A stretch of DNA of 64,000 nt, taken from the human T2T-CHM13v2.0 reference genome, Homo sapiens. The stretch lies in NCBI RefSeq assembly GCF_009914755.1, contig NC_060928.1, one strand, 5' to 3'. Below are positions 12,300 to 26,226 of the stretch, piece by piece (position 1 is the stretch's first letter; each line of letters begins with the position of its first letter). A program made the position numbers and the translations under genes. A model generated the notes under the pieces. That model was given only the letters and a program-made list of their open reading frames with translations. It had not been told where the DNA came from and did not search any database.

Positions 12300-12598
12300 G
12301 CCGGGCGCGGTGGCTCACGCCTGTAATCCCAATACTTTGGGAGGCCGAGGGGGGCGGATCACGAGGTCAGGAGATCAAGAACATCCGGGCTAACACGGTG
12401 AAAACCCGTCTCTACTAAAAATACAAAAAATTAGCCAGGCGTGGTGGCGGGCGCCTGTAGTCCCAGCTGCTCGGGAAGTTGAGGCAGGAGAATGGCGTCA
12501 ACCTGGGAGGTGGAGCTTGGAGTGAGCCGAGATCGCGCCACTGTACTCCAGCCTGGGCAACACAGCGAGACGCCGCCTCCAAAAAAAAAAAAAAAAGA
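12300..12598 (+). mobile_element. AluY, CpG-rich and young
   Basis: gccgggcgcggtggctcacg..., ggctaacacggtgaaa, ggagaatggcgt; TSD aaataaaaataga on both sides. Confidence 0.92.
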
Positions 12599-13849
12599 AA
12601 TAAATAAAAATAGAATTACTATATGATCCAGCAATTCCATTTCTGAGTAGATATCCAAAAGAACTGAAACCAGCATGTTGAAGAGATATTTGCACACTTA
12701 TGTCCATTGCAGGATTGTTCACAATTACCAAGAAGTGGAAGCAAGCAAAAATGTCTAGGAACAAATGAATGGATCAAGAAAATGTGGCATATACATACAG
12801 TGGAGTATGATGTAGCCTTCAAAAAGAAAGAAATTCTGTCACATACTACAACATGGATGTCCTTGAGGACATTATGCTAAGAAAAATAAGCCAGTCACAG
12901 GACAAAAAATGTGTGATTCTACTCATATAAAGTATCCAAAACAGTAAAAATCATAGAAACGGAAAGTAGAAAGATAGTTGCCAAGGGCAGGGAGGAGGCG
13001 GAACTAGTGTTTAGCAGGTGAAGAGTTTCAGTGTTACAAGAGGAAAAAGTTTTAGAAATCTGTTACACAACAATGTTAATATACTTAACACTACTGAATT
13101 GTAGATTTAAAAATGGTTAAGATGATAAATTTAATTTTATATATTTTTACCACAATAAAAAAAGAGACATACAACCTCTTTCCGCTATTAAAAAAATCCA
13201 TTGTTAAATCTGCCCTTTACTACATTGAGAACAGAGGGCATTCTTGAACTTGGAATCTTATGAATAACACAAAACTGCCAATTCTATCTGTGGAATGAAC
13301 ATACAAAAGCAAACCTCTTATAAAGCCACTATTACAAGAAAACAGAAATATGAAAACATTTCAGCTTTTGAAAATTTCTTCCAAAAGCCAAACATTAAAT
13401 AGGAAAAAACATTTTCACAGCAATCGAAACTAAAATATCTCCTCAAACAGGTATTTGGCAATGTGGAAGCAAACAGACAAACAAAACATCTTGTAAAAAC
13501 TCAGAGACTATTATCCTTTGTGGCTTCCTAAGGAATCTGCTAGAGGATGAGCTCTAGGGAAACTAGCAAAAGCAATGATAGTGAGCATTTAATATATTTA
13601 CTTGTAGATCCATGGCTTAGCCTAGGTGGGGCTGGTGGGAATATAATACATAAATGTTATATGTTGTCACAAAGTAAAAATAATGCAACTAAAAATAGGA
13701 GAAGAATAAGGAAAACAGGAAGGTGTAATTAGCTCTTTGCTTTTAGATAATAGTTAGCAGTCAGATGGTGCCATTAAAAATTGACAAGCCAGATTGCAAA
13801 ATGTCATATAACAGGAACTAAAAGTCTTATGAAAGGTACAAGTAAAAAA

Positions 13850-15600
13850 GTAACACTAGATTAAAAGCACAAACCTAAAATATTAAAAGAAAACAAAAAG
13901 AACAAAGAAAACTCATCACATGGGGGAAAACACGGTAAATATAACAATACATGTAGTGATTAGATCCTAAAGTAATGAGACAGCTGTGAATGGGCTTACC
14001 TAAAATTGACTCACAAAACAAGGTCCAACTCCATGCTCTATATAAGAGACAGATCTAAACCAAAGTGATTTATAAGGACAAAATATAAAGGAATTACAAA
14101 TGTATACCAGTATACCAAAAATAAAAGTAGATATGTACAACTGTATTCACTGCAGCATAATTTGTCATTGTAAAACACAGCAAACAACCCAAAAGTTCAT
14201 ACATGGAAAATTGGTTGAATAAACTAGCACATCTACATCATGGAACGCTTGGCAAGTGTAAAGAATGAGGAAAAAAACTCAGTGAACTAATATGGAGTGG
14301 TTTCCAGAATACATTAAGTGCAAAAGCAAAGTGGAAGAGAAGATAATGTATGCTACTTTTTGTAGATAAAGCAATAAATAGAAAATGTATATGTAACTCA
14401 TTTTTATTTTAAAAAGAGGTGAGTGGCATTGCGTTGGAAGGAATTACTGAAAGGCTGGTGATAAATCTCTATTCTTTTTGTATGGTTTTGAATTATGGAA
14501 CCATTTAAATTGAGGAAATAAAATTTTTAAATTTTCAAATTTTAAATTGAGAAATTCTATTTTCTTCCTAAAATAGAAATAGAAAAAGGAATCTGGTTGT
14601 ATTTCAAAAGGACTTAGCCACTCTAAATGGGTGGGGAGGAAGAGTTATCCCAAGTAAATTTTGAATCCAGTATTTTGTCCGTATTTGTTCAAACCCTGAG
14701 TGACAATGGCTAACAAAAATAAAATTAAGCTATTAGGTTTATTTTACACAATGATATGGTTAGTGATTTTGAATCTATTTCTGTGTTTTATAAGAATGAG
14801 CAAATAAATAAATATATTGAAGAAGTTGGGATGTGGGGAGGCAGGCTGTTCACTTCTGGAGAAAGGTGTTACTAATATGGAATGGGAGAAGGCTAGCATG
14901 AACCCTGTGGAGTTTGATTTCATGTAGAAGTATCAGTATGAACTTGTATTTTTAATAGAAATCTAGCTATGGTTGTGTAGATATGTTTTTTTTTTAAACC
15001 ATGAGATTTCCCAGCTGTGTCTGCTGAAAAGACTCTGAGACAATGACACTCAAGTAGACATAAGCTTACCTTGCACCCATATAGTGGCTTCTAAATGCCA
15101 TTTCTCAATAAAATAGACCAGGACTCCTGCATGATTCTCAGTCTAGGCTGGAGAAAAATACAAGATGAGCCTGGGGTATCTTTTATGCTAGAAAGTAAGA
15201 CAGCATTCAAAAATGGAGATATGTTAAAAGTACACTAGAGCTAGCTTAAAGGGCTCCCTTTGGTCAATTCTGGGGCATTTTGAGCATAAAATATAATAAT
15301 AATAAAGTATAATTTCTTGCATAAAATAAGGATCTGTATATCCATATTGATGTAAATAAAAAATAATAAGCAAGGGAGAAAGAAAAACTCTTCCTTACAA
15401 TAAAATGCCACACAATTTGAAAGAAATGGTGGATTTGGAAAAATCACCATTTTGCAAGCTAAATAGCAAAACTGATCAAGACAAGAATCATCAGCATTTA
15501 CTAAAACTAGTGAGTGAATTTTTGATGAGTAACAGGATATTTTCATATTGTCAAAGTATTTCACCACAAATTATTATTAATTACAAAGAGAAGATTGTAT
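13850..15600 (+). mobile_element. Old L1M fragments (ORF2 start, L1ME/L1MC-like 3' regions)
   Basis: ccaactccatgctctatataagagacagatctaaa; aaaatacaagatgagcctggggtatcttttatgctagaaagtaag. Confidence 0.55.
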
Positions 15601-15707
15601 TTCCAGATTCTTTTTTTTTTTTATGATGAAGTATCTATCCGGTTTCACCCTTTTCTTTCCTGAAATCTAGTCTCTGTTTGGACAAACTTGGTTTGTCTTA
15701 CCTTTTT

Positions 15708-16012
15708 CTGTTTATCTTTTGCTTTTTTCTGAGACAGGGTCTCGCTCTGTCACCAAAGCTGGAGTGCAGTGATGCAATCTCGGCTCACTACAAACTCCAC
15801 CTCCTGGGTTCAAGCAATTCTTGTGCCTCAGCCACCCGAGTAGTTGGTATTACAGGCATGTGCCTCACATCTGGCTAATTTTTGTATTTTTTGTTGGGGG
15901 GTGGTCCTCATGATGTTTCCCATGATGGTCTCGAACTCCCAGCCTCAAGTGATACACCTGCCTCAGCCTCCCAAAGTGCTGGGATTACAAATGTTTTCTA
16001 CCGCGTCTGGCC
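15708..16012 (-). mobile_element. Alu (AluJ/S)
   Basis: gagacagggtctcgctctgtcacc...cctcccaaagtgctgggattaca. Confidence 0.88.
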
Positions 16013-16505
16013 TCATCTACTTTTTGTGTATAACAGAACCTTGATGATGACAGTGTTCATAGGTTAACTTCATATGTGATTTCTCAGTTTCATTGTGAAC
16101 TAGTGATTCGTATCCACTCCTGAATTTATGTTCCACAAGTATCTAGCCCCAGCTCCTGCTTAGCTAAGACATGGTGTTACATTAGGTTAGAGAGAATTAT
16201 ACCAAGGACCAAGATTTCAAAGCTTGCTATTAGACCAAAAAATAGTTCTAATAGATAAAACACACATGAAAGTCACAGTTGCTTCATTATTTCAACAACA
16301 CAGAGGGCTTTTGATGATTGGAAAGATTATCATGAGGGCTAATGACCCAAGATGAAAATTGTTTACATTCAATTCAACAAGCATTGATTGAACACATCCT
16401 ATGTGCTGACTTCTGGAAAGATGCATATTAATATGGTTCCCAACCTCAAAGAAATCATAGTACTGGAAAGCAGATAAACATATAAACAAATAAAATGTAA
16501 CATTG

Positions 16506-19299
16506 TGATATGGTTTGGCTGTGTCCCCACCAAAATCTCATCTCGAATTCCCATTTGCTATGGGAGGAACCTGGTGGGAGGCAATTGAATCATGGGGACG
16601 GGTATTTCCCGTGCTGTTCTCATAATGAAAAAGTCTGTTGAGATCAGATGGTTTTAAAAATGAAAGTCTCCCTGCACAAGCTCTCTTCTCTTGCCTGTCA
16701 CCGTGTAAGACATGCCTTTCACCTTCTGCCATGATTGTGAGGCTTCTCCAGTCACGTGGAAATGTAAGTCCAATAAAACTCTTTCTTGGTTATGTCTTTA
16801 TCAGCAGTGTGAAAATTGAATAATGCAATAAATTGGTACTAATAGAGTGGGGTGCTGCTGAAAAGATACCCAAAAATGTGGACGTGACTTTGGAACTAGG
16901 TAGCAGGCAGAGACTGGAACAGTTTGGAGGACTCAGAAGAAGACAGAAAAATGTGGGAAAGTATGGAACTTCCTAGAGATTTGTTGAATGGCTTTGACCA
17001 AAATGCTGATAATGATATGGACAATGAAATCCAGGCTGAGGTAGTCTCTGATGGAGATGAAGAACTTGTTGGGAACTGGAGCAAAAGTGACTCTTGCTAC
17101 ATTTTAGCAAAGAGATTGGTGGCATTTTGCCCCTATCCTAGACATTTGTGGAACTTTGAACTTGAGAGAGATGATTTAGGGTATCTGCCAGAAGAAATTT
17201 CTAAGCAGCAAAGCATTTAAAAGGTGACTTGGGTGCTGTTAAAGGCATTCAGTTTTATAAGGGAAGCAAAGCATAAAAATGTGGAAAATTTGTAGCCAGA
17301 CTATGTGATAGAAAAGAAAAACCCATTTTCTGAGGAGAAATTCAAGCTGGCTGCAGAAATTTGCTTAAGTAATGAGGAGTCGAATGTTAATCCCCAAGAC
17401 AATGAGGCAATGTTTCAGGGCATGTTAGAGGTCTTCACATCTGTCCCTCCCATCACAGGCCCAAGGCCTAGGAGGAAAAAGTGGTTTTTTGGCCCCAGCC
17501 CAGGGTCCCCTTGCTGTATGCAGCCTAGGGACTTGGTGCCTGCATTCTAGCCACTCCAGTTGTGGCCGAAAGGGGCCAACGTAGAGCTCAGGCCATGGCT
17601 TCAGAGAGTGCAAGCCCCAAGCTTTGGCAGCTTCCATGTAGTATTGAGCCTGAGAGTGCACAGAAGTCAATAATTGGGGTGTGCATACCTCTGCCTAAAT
17701 TTCAAATGTATGGAAAAGTCTGGTTGCCCAGGCAGAAGTTTGCTGCAGGTTTGGGGCCCTCATGGAGAACCTCTGCTAGGGCAGTGCAGAAGGGAAATGT
17801 GGAGTAGGAGCCCACAGAGTCCCTACTGGAGCACCACCTAGTGGAGCTGTGAGAAGAGGACCACCATCCTCTAGACCCCAGAATGGTAGATCCACTGACA
17901 GTTTCACCATGTGTAAGAATTAAAGAAAGTGGAAAGAAACACAAAAGGTGGCTCACCAGTCAAGACATTTTTATTTTAGAGAAAACAAACCTTAGAGGAG
18001 CTTCTGGTTGAGTTAGGTCAGAGGCGCACTCTCTTACAGACTAAGAGTTTTTAAGGATTCAGGGTGGGATTGTTTATCAGAGGCTTGGACTGCTTCTGTG
18101 TCTCTTTGTTGTGCTTATCTGGGAGGGAGAGTTGTGTGTCTATTCCCATACATCTTTCTGCAGTTGCAGGTATACCCCTGAGTCTGCTTTTAGCTTCCTC
18201 ATCTTAGTGCACCTGAAGGAAAAGGAATGTGCTTATTAAGGCCCACTGTTTTACTGGGACCCATTGTGTGAGGGTGAAGTTTGGCAGTTACACAAGAGAT
18301 TTCCCCCCACCTCCCTCTGTGCTCAAGCTGTCTTATTTGTGTTTTACTGTCTGCTCTTTCTGGCTGCTTGTAGTTAGAACAGAAGTGATTTTCTTGAAAT
18401 GCATGAGGCTAGAAAGGGAGCTGGAACTTAAAGTGGCGGTGTTTGTCTGAGATGTTGGTGCCCCTGCTCTGTCATTGTGCACCTGGAAAAGCCACAGACG
18501 CTCAACCCCAGCCCACGAAGGCAGCCAGGAGGGAGGCCGTACCCTGCAAAGCCACAGGGGTGGAGCTGCACAAGAACATGGAAACCCACCTCTTGCATCA
18601 GCATGCCTGGATGTGAGACATGGAGTCAAAGGAGATCATTTTGAAGCTTTAAGATTTGACTGCCCCCTGTGGATTTTGGATTTGCATGGGGCGACTTTGT
18701 TTTGGCCAATTTCTCCCATATGGAATGGCTCTATTTACCCAATGTCTGTATCCCCCTTGTATCCAGGAAGTAAATAAATTGCTTTTGATTTTACAGGCTC
18801 ATAAACCAAAGGGACTTGTCTTTTCTCAGATAAGACTTTGGATTGTGGACTTTTGAGTTAAGGCTAAAATGAGTTAAGACTTTGGGGGACTGTTGGGAAG
18901 GCATGATTGGTTTTGAAATGTGAGCACATGAGATTTGGGAAGGGCTGGGGGTGGAATGATATGGTTTGGCTGTGTCCCCACCCAAATCTCATCCCAAATT
19001 CCCACGTGTTGTGGGAAGGACCCAGTGGGAGGTAATTGAATCGTGCGGGCAATGCTGTTCTCATGATAGTGAACAAGACTTATGAGACTTATGAGATGTG
19101 ATGGTTTTAAAAAGAGGAGTTTCCCTGCACAAGTACTCTTCTCTTGTCTGCTGCCATGTGAGACGTACCTTTTCCCTTCTATCATGATTGTGATGCCTCC
19201 CCAGCCATGTGGAACTGTAAGCCCAGTAAACCTCTTTCTTTTGTAAATTGCCCAGTCTTGGGTATGTCTTTATCAACAGTGTGAAAACAGACTAATACA
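16506..19299 (+). mobile_element. THE1B-like MaLR provirus (LTRs 16506-16827 and 18957-19299)
   Basis: Both LTRs start tgatatggtttggctgtgtcccca; THE1-int ORF remnant EDSEEDRKMWESMELPRDLLNGFDQNAD; TSD cattg/catag. Confidence 0.93.
17912..18474 (-). mobile_element. ERV1 solo LTR (MER61/LTR20-like) inserted in THE1-int
   Basis: Minus strand tgacagagcaggggcacc...ttcttaca; THE1-int resumes on both sides; flanks ccatg / ttgtg fit a CpG-decayed ccgtg TSD. Confidence 0.75.
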
Positions 19300-20289
19300 C
19301 ATAGTGAGGCCAGAAAATTGTCAAAAGCATCTGGATAGAAATTACTGGAACTAGAATTCCAGGGTCTTGTAGAAGATTATTCTGTGTCCTGAATCATAGA
19401 AAATTTCATGATTCTTCTGTTGCCCAGTATGCCATAAGTGTAGGTGAAAATATATTTTAGACTAACATAAAAATTTTAAAAACTGTTTATATAAGCTAAG
19501 CCTCCCTTCACATTTAAACATTCCTCACTGTCCCCTATTATACTATGATGGTAACATTCTAAAATAAGCAATAGGAGCAATTCTCAAGAAAGATAGGAGC
19601 AGCTGGCTGTAAGTTACCTCTTGCCCTTAATTTGAAAAGTTTCATCCTTGAATATCTTATATGTTCAATTTGTAAACCTCTTATATTCACATACTCAGGA
19701 GATATTTAATTTATGCCTACTACCTGCAAGTGGTAATCAGTGTTGGATATACAATGATGAGAGTGCACTGTCCCTCTTCTCATGGGGTGCAGCACTGACC
19801 AATCAATATATAAAAGTCCCCTTGAGTCAAAGCTTCTGTATTTCTCAGTGACAGGGATATTCCTGAGAACAAGTGTCTGCATCAATATCCAGTCCTCAAT
19901 AAACAAGGTGAACATCAGGATTGCATGAAATCCTATAGAGCACAAATGTTCAGGTAAATTACCTCTGCTCTGATTATGTAACTATGTACCTGTTCCAAAA
20001 GGGCTCTGTAGAATCTTTTCCAACAATAGGTAATGCTTAAAAACGATATTCAGAGAACAAGTAAGAGAGGAATGCAAACCAAATTGTCATCCACTGAAGG
20101 ATCTTTGACCCTTGAACTGGATGCTTAGTTTATCTTATGTCAATTCTACTTGTGTACCAGTTTCCTGGCCTTTTAAATTCCTCAACATGCCACTGAAATA
20201 GTACAAGTGATTAACTATCTGGGGTGCCAGTAAACAATTATTGATAATATGCTGTGTGAAGTAGGAAAAGTAGTTTTCTAAGATGAGAA

Positions 20290-20800
20290 GGAGGCATGGT
20301 ATTTCAGTTAGAAAAAATAGTATATGCAAACATGGTATTGTGAGATGGCACAGCACTTATAGAGAATTAGAAGAAGTTTGGAATGAAGGAAGCCTAAATT
20401 GCAGAATTAGAAGAAGGTGAGAATGAGATAATCAAACATAAGCCTGGAGAGGAAGGCAGAGATCAGGTCAGGAGGACATTTGTGAGCTTGTTCTTCGTTC
20501 TGTAGTTCATGGGAAACAGATAACAGCCTTAAATAGAGAAAAGAAGTAATATTATTTGAATTTCTGAAAGTCACTTTAGTTGCCAAGACAAGTCCTGGAA
20601 GACTTGCAGAAGGCAAGTTAGTAATGAGTGAGGTCTTGAGGAAGAGATTCCAGTTAGGAAGCTTGTTTTAGTAATCCAGGTGATAGATGGATAGCCTGAA
20701 CTAGGACATAGCAACTGAGGTAGAGGGGAAAGGATGGGTTTGAAAGGTTTGGGAAGGGATTGGCTATAGACATTGGGGATGAGAAAAGAAATCAGGAGAA
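20290..20800 (+). mobile_element. L2 fragment
   Basis: Purine-rich L2-like motifs such as gatcaggtcaggaggacatttgtgagc and gtaatccaggtgatagatggatagcctgaactagg. Confidence 0.5.
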
Positions 20801-20829
20801 GCTTTAGTTTTCCTACTAGTATAATTAGG

Positions 20830-21350
20830 TGGTATGCAGGGTATGCTATATTGGCAATGAGTTTTATTTATGCTCTTCTTTATTCCCTCCTGTATTGTAA
20901 GGGCAGAAAGGCTAAAAACTACATTTTCCAGATTCCTTTGCAGTGGTGGTTCTGGGTTTGATTCAGGTAGTGTGAATAATATGCACTCACAGGACCCCTG
21001 GAATTTGAAGGTGAGACAGAGGCCCTCTTTCTATTGCTGTGCTGGCTGGTGACAATAGTTAAATATACATGTTTTCAGTAGCAGATGGCAATTCCTAGTG
21101 TCTAGTCATGAACTTTGTGGGTGTGAGGCACTCGTGGTGGCAGTAGTTGTGGTAGCAGCAACACCAGCAGCTACCTGATTAAATTGCAGCTGGGGGCAAG
21201 GGGGTGTGATCTTGAAATCCAAATTGTCCATGGGTGGGCTCCTTACTTATGTTTCTGTCTAGCAATTTTTTCAGCACCCAATTTCTTGTGCTAAGTCCCC
21301 TTCTGTGTGAAATATCTAGAATGTTTTCTGTTTCTTGTGCTGAAGCTTGA
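20830..21350 (+). mobile_element. Old ERVL LTR (LTR33-like)
   Basis: aggctaaaaactacattttccagattcctttgcagtgg motif. Confidence 0.4.
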
Positions 21351-21575
21351 CTGGCATGGTTGGGAGTCAATATCTTGCTATATTTGGTATGTGGAAACCA
21401 TCTCTACTAAGTTGCTGGTTATGTTCATCAGTCACTGAGTATCTGAAATTTTCACCTTTCCAGAGAATTAAGCTGAGACATTGAAACCTATGTAGGTCAA
21501 TATAGGTGAAGTGTCAATTAGATCAGAAAAAATGCTTAAAAATTTAGAAAATACCATGAGATTCTTGCCTTGCAA

Positions 21576-23943
21576 TGTGTTATACGCTGCTAATAAAGAT
21601 ATACCTGAGACTGGATAATTTATAAAGGAAAAGGTTTAATTTACTCACAGTTCCACATGGCTAGGGAGGCTGCACAATCATGGTGGAAGTCAAATGAGAA
21701 GCATCTTACATGATAGCAGGCAAGAGAGTGTGTGCAGGGAAACTCCCCTTTATAAAGCCATCAGATCTCATGAGACTTATTCACTATCATGAGAACAGCA
21801 TGATAATGACCCACCACCATGATTCATTATGTCCCACCAGGTCCCTCCCATGACATGTGGAAATTATGGGAACTACAATTCAAGATAAGATTTGGGTGGG
21901 GACACAGTCAAACCATATAATTCCACACCTGGTCTCTCCCAAATCTCATGTCCTCACATTTCAAAACCAATCGTGACATCCCAACAGTTCCCCAAAGTCT
22001 TAACTCATTTCAGCCTTAACTCAAAAGTCCATAGTCCAAAGTCTTATCTGAGTCAAGGAAGTCCTTTCCATCTATGAGCCTGTAAAATCAAAAGCAAGTT
22101 AGGTGCTTCCTAGATGCAATGGGGGTACAGGCATTAGGTAAATAGAGCTGTTCGCAATGGGAGAAATTGGCCAAAACAAAGGGGCTACAGGTCCCATGCA
22201 AGTCCAAAATCCAGGGGGGCAGTCAAATCTTAAAGCTCTAAAATTATTTCCTTTAACTCCATGTCTCACATCCAGGTCACACTGATGCAAGAGGTAGATT
22301 CCCACGGTCTTGGACAGATCCACCCCTGTGGCTTTGCAGTACAGCCCCCTTCCTGGCTGCTTTCACGGGCTGGCATTGAGTGTCTGCAGCTTTTCCAGTT
22401 ACACAGTGCAAGCTTTTGGTGGATCTTGCATTCTGGGGTCTGGAGGATGGTGGCCCTCTTCTCATAGTTCCACTAGGCAGTGCCCTCATGCGGACTCTGT
22501 GAGGAGGCTGCAACCCCACATTTCCCTTATGCACTGCCGTAGCAGAGGTTCTCCATGAGGGTTCCGCCCCTGCAGTCCACCTCTGCCTGGACATTCATGC
22601 GTTGCCATACATCCTCTGAAGTCTAGGTGGAGGTTCCCAAACCTCAATTTTTGACTTCAGTGCACCCACAGGCCCAACACCATGTGTAAGCTTCCAAGTC
22701 TTGGGGCTTGCACCCTGTAAAGCAGTGACCTGAGGTATACATTGGCCCCTTTTAGCCACGGGACACAGAACACCAAGTCCCGAGACTGCACAAAGAAGCA
22801 AGGCCCTGGGCCTGGCCCAGGAAACCAGTTTTTCCTCCTAGGCCTCCTGACTTGGGATGGAAGGGGCTGCTGTGAAGTCCTCTGACATGCCCTAGAGACA
22901 TTTTCCTCATTGTCTTGGCAATTAACATTTGGCTCCTCATTACTCTTGCAAATTTCTGCAGCTGGCTTGAATTTCTCCTCAGAAAGTGGGTTTTTCTTTC
23001 CTATTGCATAGTCAGGCTGTACATTTTCTGAACTTTTATGCTCTGCTTCCTTTTTAAACATATGTTCTAATTCCAAGCCATATCTTTGTGAATACATAAA
23101 ACTCAGTGCTTTTTAACAGTACCCAAGTCACCTCTTGAACACTTTGCTGCTTAGAAATTTCTTCCACTAGATATTCTAAATCATCTCTCTCAAGTTCAAA
23201 GCTCCCCAAATCTCTAGGATAGGGGCAAAATGCCACCAGACTCTTTGCTAAAACGTAGCAAGAGTCACCTTTGCTCCAGTTCCCAACAAGTTCCTCATCT
23301 CCATCTGAGACCACCTCAGCCTAGACTTTATTGTCCATTTCATTATCAGCATTTGGGTCAAAGCCATTCAATAAGTCTCTAGGAAGTTCCAAACTTTCCC
23401 ACATCTTCCTGTCTTCTGAGCCCTCCAAGTCATTAGGAAGTTCCAAACTTTCCCACATTTTCCTCTCTTCTTCTGAGCCGTCCAAACTGTTTCAACCTCT
23501 GCCTGTTACGCAGTTCCAAAGTCACTTCCACAATTTTGGGTATCTTTACAGCAGTACCCCACTACCCAGTACCAATTTACTGTATTAGTCTGTTCTCATG
23601 CTGCTAATAAAAACATACCCGAGACTGGGTAATTTATAAAGGAAAGGAGTTTAATTGACTCCCAGTTCCACGTGGCTGGGGAGGCCTCACAATCATGGTG
23701 GAAGAGGAAGGAAGAGCAAAGACATGTCTTACATTGCAGCAGGCAAGAGAGTATGTGCAGGGGATCTCCCCTTTACAAAACCATCAGATCTTGTGAGACT
23801 TATTCACTATCATGAGAACAGTATAGGAAAAACCTGCCCCCATGATTCAATTACCTCCCACCAAGTTTCTCCCATGACACTTGGAAATTATGGGAGGTAC
23901 AATTCAAGATGAGATTTGGGTGGGGACACAGCAAACCATATTA
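21576..23943 (-). mobile_element. THE1C-like MaLR provirus (LTRs about 21576-21919 and 23581-23943)
   Basis: Paired LTRs (ctgctaataaagacatacc...ggggacacag..aaccatat) around THE1-int with ORF remnant VSDGDEELVGNWSKGDSCY. Confidence 0.92.
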
Positions 23944-25920
23944 TGTATGACCCACCAGAAAAAAAAACCCTGGTGGATGAACAAATAAAGTGTTAAAAAT
24001 TGAACACATAATCATGTGCACTCCACAATAAGAGAATAATCCCAGATATAAAATGAGCCTCAAGTTGTCACCCCATTTTAGGAAACAGTCACAAGCTAGC
24101 CTACCTTCTTAACCACCTCCTTAGATATTCCTGCCCTGCAACTCTGTATAATCAGAGAACCCACAGCTATTCTAAGGGCAGACCAGAAGGAGGAAATTTC
24201 ATGCATCATGCTTCTTTTTGTTTGAGGTTTATGGGGAGGAGAAAACAATGAGTATGTCCTCTTCACCTAGATTTGCCGAAATTATGCCAAAGAATGCACC
24301 TCAGTGGTGACTTTTTCCAAGGTGCCTTCTCTCAGAAGCCCTGAAAAGAGGTGGGACCACTGTTTTTTCCTTCCCCTGGCAAGAATGAGTGTTCCAGAAG
24401 CTGTTAAAGGTTATGAAGTTACCTGAGTTTTCCTGCAGGGGGAAACATCCTCCAGTTTATGAGGAATAAAATATATATCAAACCCTACAGCATCAGCAAT
24501 CCGGCTTAGTAAAGATTGTATGTGCTTTTTAAAAATAAAAGTTGTATGTGCTTGATTCCTATGCTATTTTTATTTAGTGAAGGATAATTCTGTGCCTTTT
24601 TTTAAATAAAAAAGGAACTTTAAAAGGATATGTGTTATCTTAGATAACTCCTAGTTGACCCTTGTATAACATTTATTGCATGTATAGTTCTTGGATGGCC
24701 TGCATCATCCGTGAGCATAACTGGCCACCTACTATAATTTGTTATTAAAATTGCAGAGCTAGAAAGCGTGACTACAATCAGAGGTAAAGGCTAAAGGAAT
24801 GAGTGAGATATTCAGAAAAGAATAGGGTAGGAATTGCCGTTCCTTCATGCATTCACTCAATCAAATTTATTAACTGTGTCTCATGTGTGAGACACTGTGC
24901 TACGTGCTAGGGATACCAAAGTGAATAATGTTTTTGACTTTGAATTCAAAGTGAAAAAAATTAATGTTTGTCAATAAGCATTGTAAACATTTCTTTTCAA
25001 TTTGATTTTTATAACTTTATTTTTCAGAAAGGTAAATGGGTCATATTGTTGTCATCTGATTTGGCCTTTGAGCCTAGAAAGGAGAGATCAGTTTTACTTT
25101 CTTTATGATATTTTACCTGGTCCTCAACCACTTCATGGCAATACCCAGAGGACTTTGCCAGATCTTCACTTTCCTTAACTTTTCTGCATCATTTAGTGCC
25201 ATTTCTTAGAAGGCTTTACTTGTATGCAATTTGCAAAGTGGTTACACAAGTACTATTTTTTAATCCTCCTTTCAAGTTCTCTAATGTTAACAGTTCAGTG
25301 AAGCTGAGTTACAGTGAAATTATGTGAAATGACAAGTATCACTTCTCCCACACCTAAGCATGTTATCAACGATATTATTATTACTATATAGATCTTCTTC
25401 ATGGGACCTCTAGTTATCTAGTGGGTATCTAAAACTCAACATATCTATAACTTGACCAAACATGACTCTTATCTCTTAAGTCAATTACTCTTTTTCCAAA
25501 TGTGTATAAGCACTAAAGTACCTTCATTGTTCAGGTCTCTGAGGTTTAAAATCCTGATCCTCTTACTTCCATCAGTCACAAAAATCTTCCCTTTTCACTT
25601 CCAAATGTATTTTGCTTTATTTCCATCTTGTTTACCTGCTGCTGACACTCTCTAGAGCCTGAAACAATGGTTCAGGTTAGTTCTTGCCTGGACAATTGTA
25701 GTAGCTTTCAAATTGAGCTTGATATTGAAGTCTTTTTTTCTTTAATAAACAAAGCTTATAATTACATATTGTTGGTGAGTGTATTTTTTATTACCTATTT
25801 CCTTGAAGGCAAGGAAGGACCCATGTATATACAGCACTTAGGATAATACATAAAAGTTTCTCAATAACTGTTAGTTGAATGAAAGTTGGATTGATGAATG
25901 CTGCTGTAATAAATCTTCCT

Positions 25921-26226
25921 GGATGGGCACAATGGCTCATGCCTATATTTCCAACACTTTGGTAGGCTGAGGCAGGTGGATTGCTTATGCTCAGGAGTTA
26001 CAGACCAGTCTGGGCAACATGGCAAAACTCCATCTCTTAAAAAAAAAAAAAAATTAGCTGAGCATGGTGGCACGTGCCTGTGGTCTCAGTTACCTGGGAG
26101 GCTGAGGTGGTGGGATCACCTGAGCCTGGGTGGTTGTGGCTGCAGTGAACCGAAATCGCACCACTATACTCCAGCTTGGGTGACAGAGTGAGACCCTGTC
26201 TCAAAAAAAATAATAATAAAAAAAAA
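25921..26226 (+). mobile_element. AluJ-like
   Basis: Full dimer; TSD aataaatcttcc / aataagtcttcc. Confidence 0.9.

Noticed and set aside
16924-17220. Similar acidic ORFs at three loci (16924, 23054, 55288) suggesting a gene family
   Set aside because: They are remnants of the THE1-int MaLR ORF within three separate proviruses.
23381-23490. About 54-bp tandem duplication in THE1-int
   Set aside because: I recall this as a feature of the THE1C/D internal consensus, so it is probably not locus-specific (unverified).
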